NCBI GenBank assembly: GCA_963799845.1
Contig: CAWCYI010000006.1
Span: 1,216,001 to 1,280,000 of the forward strand
DNA length: 64,000 nt
Source: an uncultured Nitrososphaerota archaeon
Lineage (GTDB): Archaea; Thermoproteota; Nitrososphaeria; Nitrososphaerales; CADDZS01
Direction of reading: 5' to 3'
Both the position numbers and the translations under genes were made by a program. The notes under the pieces are model-generated. The model worked only from the letters and a program-made list of their open reading frames with translations, did not search any database and was not told the DNA's origin. Within the stretch, counting starts at the first letter, position 1, and every line of letters begins with the position of its first letter. Below are positions 58,774-64,000 of this stretch, one piece after another.

Positions 58774-58899
58774 CTTTGAAAAACTCTGAGGAAACTATCT
58801 TATTCAGCTATCAACTGATCTCCATCGAATGGAGATTTTCTCAGCTGTGTATTCCATGGATAGAGACTCGATCTTCTCAGTAGAGATCGCTCAGCTAAG

Positions 58900-59087
58900 T
58901 TAACATCTAGGCGGTTGATCTTTCATAAGTTCTTGGCAAGCTTCGCTTCAGACGCGATGCATAATCACCACTTCCAGCCTTTGTTTTGAATTTGTTCTAT
59001 GCCGCCGTGGATCAACACCACAAAGAGTTTCATCTCGTCCACGTTAAAGCTCAGTATGTGGAGATTTTCCTGTCTTCAGTAGTTCAT
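58900..59087 (-). pseudogene. Decayed copy of the small protein 59553..59750
   Basis: MNY*RQENLHILSFNVDEMKLFVVLIHGG...EACQELMKD vs MDYKRDGNTHVLSVDKDEMLLLIALVHAG...EGCRQLVTE. Confidence 0.8.
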
Positions 59088-59199
59088 CTGTCGTACTCGA
59101 TACCCAATGGAGTGATCGATGTTACTTAACTTTCATATCCTTGACCCAAAAGAATCGCCAATTTTCATTTCTCTTCGCCAGTTTTCGATGGCTTCCCGG

Positions 59200-59400
59200 A
59201 AGTGAGCCAATAGGAGGAAAGTGGATTTTCTTCTCCCACCCTAACCTTCTCGTCAAGGTCCGCCATTTTGAAGTCTTTGTACTAAGAATAAATGGATACA
59301 TCACGGTGTTTCAATTCAGTCTGGATCCGGCCAAAGGTACCTGATGAGGAGAGTAAAAAGAGCGTGGAAGAAGTGGTTAAACGGAGCCGTAATGAATAGG
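59200..59400 (-). pseudogene. Decayed copy of the C-terminus of membrane subunit 59842..60690
   Basis: LFITAPFNHFFHAL...RY/FGRIQTELKHR...*YKDFKMADLDEKVR vs LFVTAPFTHFFHAL...RYFGRIQSELKSR...YYKKLEMAGLAEKVR. Confidence 0.85.
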
Positions 59401-59403
59401 CCC

Positions 59404-59514
59404 GCCTATCTGAGCTGCCGCAATCTGCGCTCCCTCAAGTATTAGCATACCTTCTTCGCTTGCAAAACGAGTTAGAGGCTCCAACTCCCCAATGTTGATT
59501 GTATCTGAGCTAGA
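59404..59514 (-). pseudogene. Fragment copy of the SBP 57338..58741 N-terminal domain
   Basis: DTINIGELEPLT../EEGMLILEGAQIAAAQI vs QTINIGVLEPLTGSAAEEGTVILKGAQIAAAQI. Confidence 0.85.
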
Positions 59515-59552
59515 GAAAATATTCGAGCCATGCCCAGAAGATGACCAGTTCG

Positions 59553-59750
59553 TCAATTAGAAAGTATCTTGTGATTCATCTCGGTCACAAGCTGGCGACA
59601 ACCTTCAAACTTGGCTTTCTCGAAATCACCCCCGGATTCGGAGCTCAATCTGAACCGATCCAGGCCTGCGTGCACGAGTGCAATAAGTAGAAGCATCTCG
59701 TCTTTATCGACGCTCAGAACATGGGTGTTGCCGTCTCTTTTATAATCCAA
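59553..59750 (-). CDS. Small hypothetical protein (65 aa)
   Basis: Coding status supported by a diverged paralogous remnant at 58900..59087 and an upstream TTTATA box. Confidence 0.65.
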   Translation of the reverse strand: MDYKRDGNTHVLSVDKDEMLLLIALVHAGLDRFRLSSESGGDFEKAKFEGCRQLVTEMNHKILSN

Positions 59751-59841
59751 ACGACTTTCGAAAAGAAATCTTCTCTTAAGTCGGTATAAAGTCTAGTTAG
59801 ATTGGAAAAAAGTCTTGGGCGAGAGTAATGAATTATTAATG

Positions 59842-60690
59842 TTAACCCTCTGATTCTGGCTTATCCTTCACTTTGTTGCTTCCGTCGAGCCAGTCAGGAT
59901 AGGTTCCCTTTGTCTTCTCTGCTCTAACTTTCTCTGCCAGTCCAGCCATTTCGAGTTTCTTGTAGTAAGGATAGTCTGAGATACCTCGAGACTTTAGCTC
60001 TGATTGGATCCTCCCGAAGTACCTCATAATAGGAGTGAGCAAAGCATGAAAGAAATGCGTAAATGGTGCTGTGACGAACAATGCTGCTACCACTGCCAGA
60101 TGGAAAGTGTAGCTGTAGAGTGCTAGCGGGCCCGAGAATATTCTGGTAACCTCAGTTAGGAACCCAGAGATGATCGCCACATAGAGGGTCACCAAAAATG
60201 TTAGGTCTCCTTTTGGATGGTCTCTGAATCTTCCGATCACAACATACCTTATAACGATCGCAGTCACCCCAACTAGGACGAGGCCTCCTCCGAGATTTCC
60301 AATGAAGTTACCTGGGTTCTCGGTCGCGAGCGGCGGCGGAAGCGCGCCACTCCTGAAGAAAATGTCGTCCCATATAGTGGCTATTATGAGGCAAATGAAA
60401 CCCCAGAAAACAACAAGATGGGTCACGAGCCTAGTCTTTGAATCTGTTATGACGTTCCTCTGAGCGATGACTCTGTTGATCAACTCCGAAAAAAATATTT
60501 GGAGCAGACCCGCAGTCCCGATGTGCTTCTTAGCATCACTCTTAAGTTGCGAGGGCACGACCCTAAGCCAAGCTCTGAGCTTAAAGGATACGGAGGCTAC
60601 GATGATGACAACAAGAATCAGAGCGGCAAGATCGATAATGATTACGGGAATGAATGTATTGAACTGGATAAGCGTTGGGAAAATCACCAC
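59842..60690 (-). CDS. NarI/HdrE-like membrane anchor (cytochrome b-type) subunit
   Basis: About 5-6 TM; THLVVFWGF, SGFLTE..R, FHLAVV, PFTHFFH. Confidence 0.75.
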   Translation of the reverse strand: MVIFPTLIQFNTFIPVIIIDLAALILVVIIVASVSFKLRAWLRVVPSQLKSDAKKHIGTAGLLQIFFSELINRVIAQRNVITDSKTRLVTHLVVFWGFICLIIATIWDDIFFRSGALPPPLATENPGNFIGNLGGGLVLVGVTAIVIRYVVIGRFRDHPKGDLTFLVTLYVAIISGFLTEVTRIFSGPLALYSYTFHLAVVAALFVTAPFTHFFHALLTPIMRYFGRIQSELKSRGISDYPYYKKLEMAGLAEKVRAEKTKGTYPDWLDGSNKVKDKPESEG

Positions 60691-61355
60691 AGATAGGCGA
60701 CTTTGGGTTTTGTTTTAGCTTCCGGGCGCAAAATGAAAACTTGTCGACCTTTCTCATGAGCTTCTTCTAGATATCTCGAAGGAGGACTATTTTCTTTGTC
60801 TACATCTCCGAAGATCCTGCATTCCGCCGGGCAGGCTAGAACGCAGGCTGGAGTACCATCCCTATCAACTCCGGGCTCTAAACCATTGCTCAATGCATGA
60901 TTAATTCTATGCGAACAAAACGTGCATTTTTGTGCAGCTCCAATGCGATGCTTTTCATTTGCCTGCTTTTCGAGTGGAGTGACCGCACCCTCGTAGATCG
61001 GCTGAACTTCAGCGTCCCACATACTAATAGCGTCGTACGGGCAGGCAGTGATGCATGCCCTACTTCCTGCACACTTGTCTTCGTTGATTATAACCATGCC
61101 TTCTTTAGTTTGAGATATGGCCTTCGTTGGACATGATTTCATGCAGGGAGGGTCTTCACAGTGCATGCAGAGTGTGGGCAAGAAGGAGAGCTTTGCTTTT
61201 GGAAATTTCCCGATCTCGCTGTGAATTACAGGAGCCCACCAGATATTCCCTGGAGTTGCATTTTCGATCTTACACGCCACCGAACAGGCATCGCATCCTA
61301 TACACTTCGCAAGATCGATCAGCATTGAGAGTTTCAATTTGGGCCTACTCGACAA
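60684..61355 (-). CDS. 4Fe-4S electron-transfer subunit (DmsB/NrfC-like)
   Basis: CIGCDACSVAC, CMHCEDPPCMKSCP, CAGSRACITACPY, KCTFC, PACVLACP; probable TTG start at 61355 overlapping the upstream stop. Confidence 0.92.
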   Translation of the reverse strand: MSSRPKLKLSMLIDLAKCIGCDACSVACKIENATPGNIWWAPVIHSEIGKFPKAKLSFLPTLCMHCEDPPCMKSCPTKAISQTKEGMVIINEDKCAGSRACITACPYDAISMWDAEVQPIYEGAVTPLEKQANEKHRIGAAQKCTFCSHRINHALSNGLEPGVDRDGTPACVLACPAECRIFGDVDKENSPPSRYLEEAHEKGRQVFILRPEAKTKPKVAYLW

Positions 61356-63969
61356 AACCAGAGGGAGCCTTCTCAACCTTGACGAGGATACAGGCATCCA
61401 CCGCACAACCGACGTAGTCAAGACTGTCCTCGTCCAACGCGGCAAATGTGTTAAAGTCGATCCCCATCTTGAATTTATGCTGAGATGAAGCTATGACCTC
61501 CGGATGGACCCTTTCGGTAAGGTAAGCAATCCCTTTCTGTTTCCTTCCCTTCTTGTCGGAAACCATGACCGAGTCTCCGTCCTCTATTCCGAGCTTCGTG
61601 GCAGTCTCGGGGTGAATCAAAACGCTGTCCAGATGCTTCCTTGAGTTAATTAGTTGCATCGGAACTGGGTTGAATCTGCCCACCGCGTGGGCCATTATCG
61701 GAATTTTGTAATTTATCAGGAATAAATTGTATTCTTGATCTCTATTTGTATAAGAGGGGCATGGCTTCCACTCGGGGATTGCCAAATAATCAGAGGTATC
61801 CCACCAGTCGAGGTCTAGCTCTTGCAAAACTTCTTCCAACTGTTTTCGGGCAGTAATCATAAACTCGAAGTACAAATGCACCCTTCCTTCTCGAAAAGCT
61901 CCCTTGAACCTATCTTCGACCTTCGCATCTCGCAATATCAGCCCTCCTTCGTCGCTCATCAACCACTCAAGTCCTTTGTCAGGTCCGAGCCAGGTCTTGA
62001 GCCGTCTGTCTACGAGGTCTTGATAGGAATACTTGGCGTTGATATCCAGTTCGTATGAAGTATTCTTGAGCTTCCAATTCTGGTTAACAACATCGTACAC
62101 CTCGCTCAGGAACCTGGCTTTTTCAGCAATTGCAAGAAATATTTCTCCGTTGCTCACCATCTTGTCCCAAGGCGGTTCGAATGGAGGTCGCACTGCGGGT
62201 TTTGCAGCGTACCAATAACCCGGCTCGTTGACTCTGAGGAAAAGGCCTTCCCCTAGCTTTTCCAAGTGATGCAAATCAGGAAAAACGATGTCTGCCAGGC
62301 TATTCGCAGTCTCGTCTAGGTCGACATTAAGCGCCACGATGAAAGGAATCTTGCTCAAACCTCTCACTACTTCAGTAGGTGAATATGTATTCTTGACTGG
62401 GTTATCTCTGAATATGAACATGATTTCCGGCCAAACGAAATCATTGAGATCAATTCCAAATTTTGTCGGGTCATTTAGGACAGCCGGAATCATTGGAGTA
62501 GAGTAAACAGCCACAGGGAATAGCTCGTATAGATCCATGCGCTTGGGTCTAGATGGCTTTCGCTGAGGGTATGGTGGGCCAAACCAGGGTTCAGATACCA
62601 TCATTCCGTCGGCGCTAACTCTCTCCGGAGCCCGAGGATGACCGTGTATGGATCCTGGTACTTGGATGGCGCCTAGAATGGTGGGAATCATCATCATTGC
62701 AAGCCCTGACAGGAAGGAGTGTCGATGCGCGCTCAATCCTCTGTACCAGACCACCGACACAGGACGGTACGGGAGCTCTTTTCCGTCTATAGTAATCGTT
62801 TGTCCGATGCAAGCGGCCTCTCCTAATTCCCTTGCGACACGCCTAATTGTTTCCACAGGGATAGTTGTAATGTTGCTCGCTCTTTCCGGTGTGTACTCAC
62901 GCACGTGTTCCTTTACTAGTTGAAACGATGGCTTGCACTTTTTCCCTGAGACGGAATAACAGCCCCCCAGAGCAACATCTTTTGCAGAGGAGTCATCAAA
63001 GGTCTTTGCCCTAGCCGCCATGGAATCCCAAACGAGAGGCTTTCCCGTGACCTCATCCCTCACATAGAGGCCGTCTTCGTCGACGAGGTAAGGTGAATTT
63101 GTTTTCTTCTTTAGGAAATCTGCATCATAAATATCGTACTCATTGACCAGCAAGTTGATGATGGCGAGAACGAAAGCCGCGTCTGTCCCTGGCCTGATTG
63201 GCACCCATTCTTCTGCCTTCGAAGCAGCATATCCCGCCATAGGATCTACCGATACTACCTTGATTCCCCCCGGCCTCATCTCCGCAAAATGCCTGGCCAC
63301 GTTCATTGTGTCATAATGTATTATGGAGCCGGCCTGGGCGCCGATCAATAAGACATAGTTTGAATATTCAGAATCAACGGTTATCTCGAAAGTTGAGGTG
63401 TTCAGGTACGAGGGTGGGTGTACCGCGTTCCCACAAAAGCACGAGGCACTTAGAGAGCAAACGTATGCGTCAAGAGACTGCAACCACGCGAGATGTATAC
63501 CTCCGTAGAGTGTCCAATGATCAAAAGTATCGAACAAGATTCGTTGGGACCAAGGGTTTAACTTTGTGAGCCTCTCGGACGGTTGAGAGGAGAGTTTGTG
63601 ACCTAATTCCATTTCTGCTCTGTCTTTTACTTTCTTCAACCTTTGGGCGACTATGTCTATGGCTTCGTCCCACGAAATTTCTTTCCATTTTGGATCTACT
63701 CCAATGCCTTTTTCTGGATTTGTCCTAATCAACGGGGCCTTTACGCGCTTTGGCGAATATGCATTGATGAAACCAGAAAGTCCTTTTGCGCACAAATGTC
63801 CATGGTTCCGAGGATTGTCTGGGTCGCCTTCAAGCTTTACTACCTCGCCATCCTGTACGTAAGCAAAAAGCCCACAAAAATTCTGGCATAGACTGCATGC
63901 TGTGCGAACCTTGCCATTTTTCTTCATTGATTGATCTACGATGTCATTGGAGTTTCCCGACAGCTGCAT
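61345..63969 (-). CDS. DMSO-reductase family molybdopterin oxidoreductase catalytic subunit (no Tat signal)
   Basis: CSLCQNFC...LCAKG, ISWDEA, WVPIRPGTDAA, ADIVFPD..HLE, IHPETA..LGIEDGD. Confidence 0.92.
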   Translation of the reverse strand: MQLSGNSNDIVDQSMKKNGKVRTACSLCQNFCGLFAYVQDGEVVKLEGDPDNPRNHGHLCAKGLSGFINAYSPKRVKAPLIRTNPEKGIGVDPKWKEISWDEAIDIVAQRLKKVKDRAEMELGHKLSSQPSERLTKLNPWSQRILFDTFDHWTLYGGIHLAWLQSLDAYVCSLSASCFCGNAVHPPSYLNTSTFEITVDSEYSNYVLLIGAQAGSIIHYDTMNVARHFAEMRPGGIKVVSVDPMAGYAASKAEEWVPIRPGTDAAFVLAIINLLVNEYDIYDADFLKKKTNSPYLVDEDGLYVRDEVTGKPLVWDSMAARAKTFDDSSAKDVALGGCYSVSGKKCKPSFQLVKEHVREYTPERASNITTIPVETIRRVARELGEAACIGQTITIDGKELPYRPVSVVWYRGLSAHRHSFLSGLAMMMIPTILGAIQVPGSIHGHPRAPERVSADGMMVSEPWFGPPYPQRKPSRPKRMDLYELFPVAVYSTPMIPAVLNDPTKFGIDLNDFVWPEIMFIFRDNPVKNTYSPTEVVRGLSKIPFIVALNVDLDETANSLADIVFPDLHHLEKLGEGLFLRVNEPGYWYAAKPAVRPPFEPPWDKMVSNGEIFLAIAEKARFLSEVYDVVNQNWKLKNTSYELDINAKYSYQDLVDRRLKTWLGPDKGLEWLMSDEGGLILRDAKVEDRFKGAFREGRVHLYFEFMITARKQLEEVLQELDLDWWDTSDYLAIPEWKPCPSYTNRDQEYNLFLINYKIPIMAHAVGRFNPVPMQLINSRKHLDSVLIHPETATKLGIEDGDSVMVSDKKGRKQKGIAYLTERVHPEVIASSQHKFKMGIDFNTFAALDEDSLDYVGCAVDACILVKVEKAPSGFVE

Positions 63970-64000
63970 CTGTTCTCATCTCCCCGAGCCTGACCCATTT

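Noticed and set aside
58413-58883. Plus-strand ORF with poly-EED acidic tract
   Set aside because: Antisense shadow of the poly-Ser SBP gene

Overview
This is an archaeal genomic segment. The evidence is TATA boxes about 25-35 nt upstream of start codons, many TTG starts, TM-anchored Ser/Thr-rich solute-binding proteins and a tRNA with BHB introns. The style suggests a heterotrophic Nitrososphaerota/TACK-type archaeon, which is inference only. Almost the whole window is a catabolic and uptake accessory region. It encodes a truncated CoxL/XDH-type Mo-hydroxylase subunit, CoA ligases and beta-oxidation-like enzymes, two PPOX-fold proteins, an LLM oxidoreductase, one FbpABC-type and two Liv-type ABC transporters, two intact UbiD decarboxylases, cyclic amidohydrolase, isochorismatase, maleate-isomerase-like and asparaginase-like enzymes, moeA-mobB-mobA and a three-subunit DMSO-reductase-family complex with no Tat signal. 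The most notable feature is a twice-repeated gene pair: an M29/NicX-fold protein with a His-His-Asp motif next to a DUF4392 (D-glutamate cyclase-like) protein. Enzyme families matching the maleamate pathway lie around it, suggesting an uncharacterised archaeal N-heterocycle degradation system. The window also holds a double-intron tRNA-His, two intact-looking IS elements (IS701-like and ISH3-like) with TIRs and TSDs, three genes broken by single +1 insertions, many decayed paralog remnants hidden in intergenic DNA, and a perfect 13-bp palindrome over a start codon. All family calls come from motif recognition by eye; no database searches were run.
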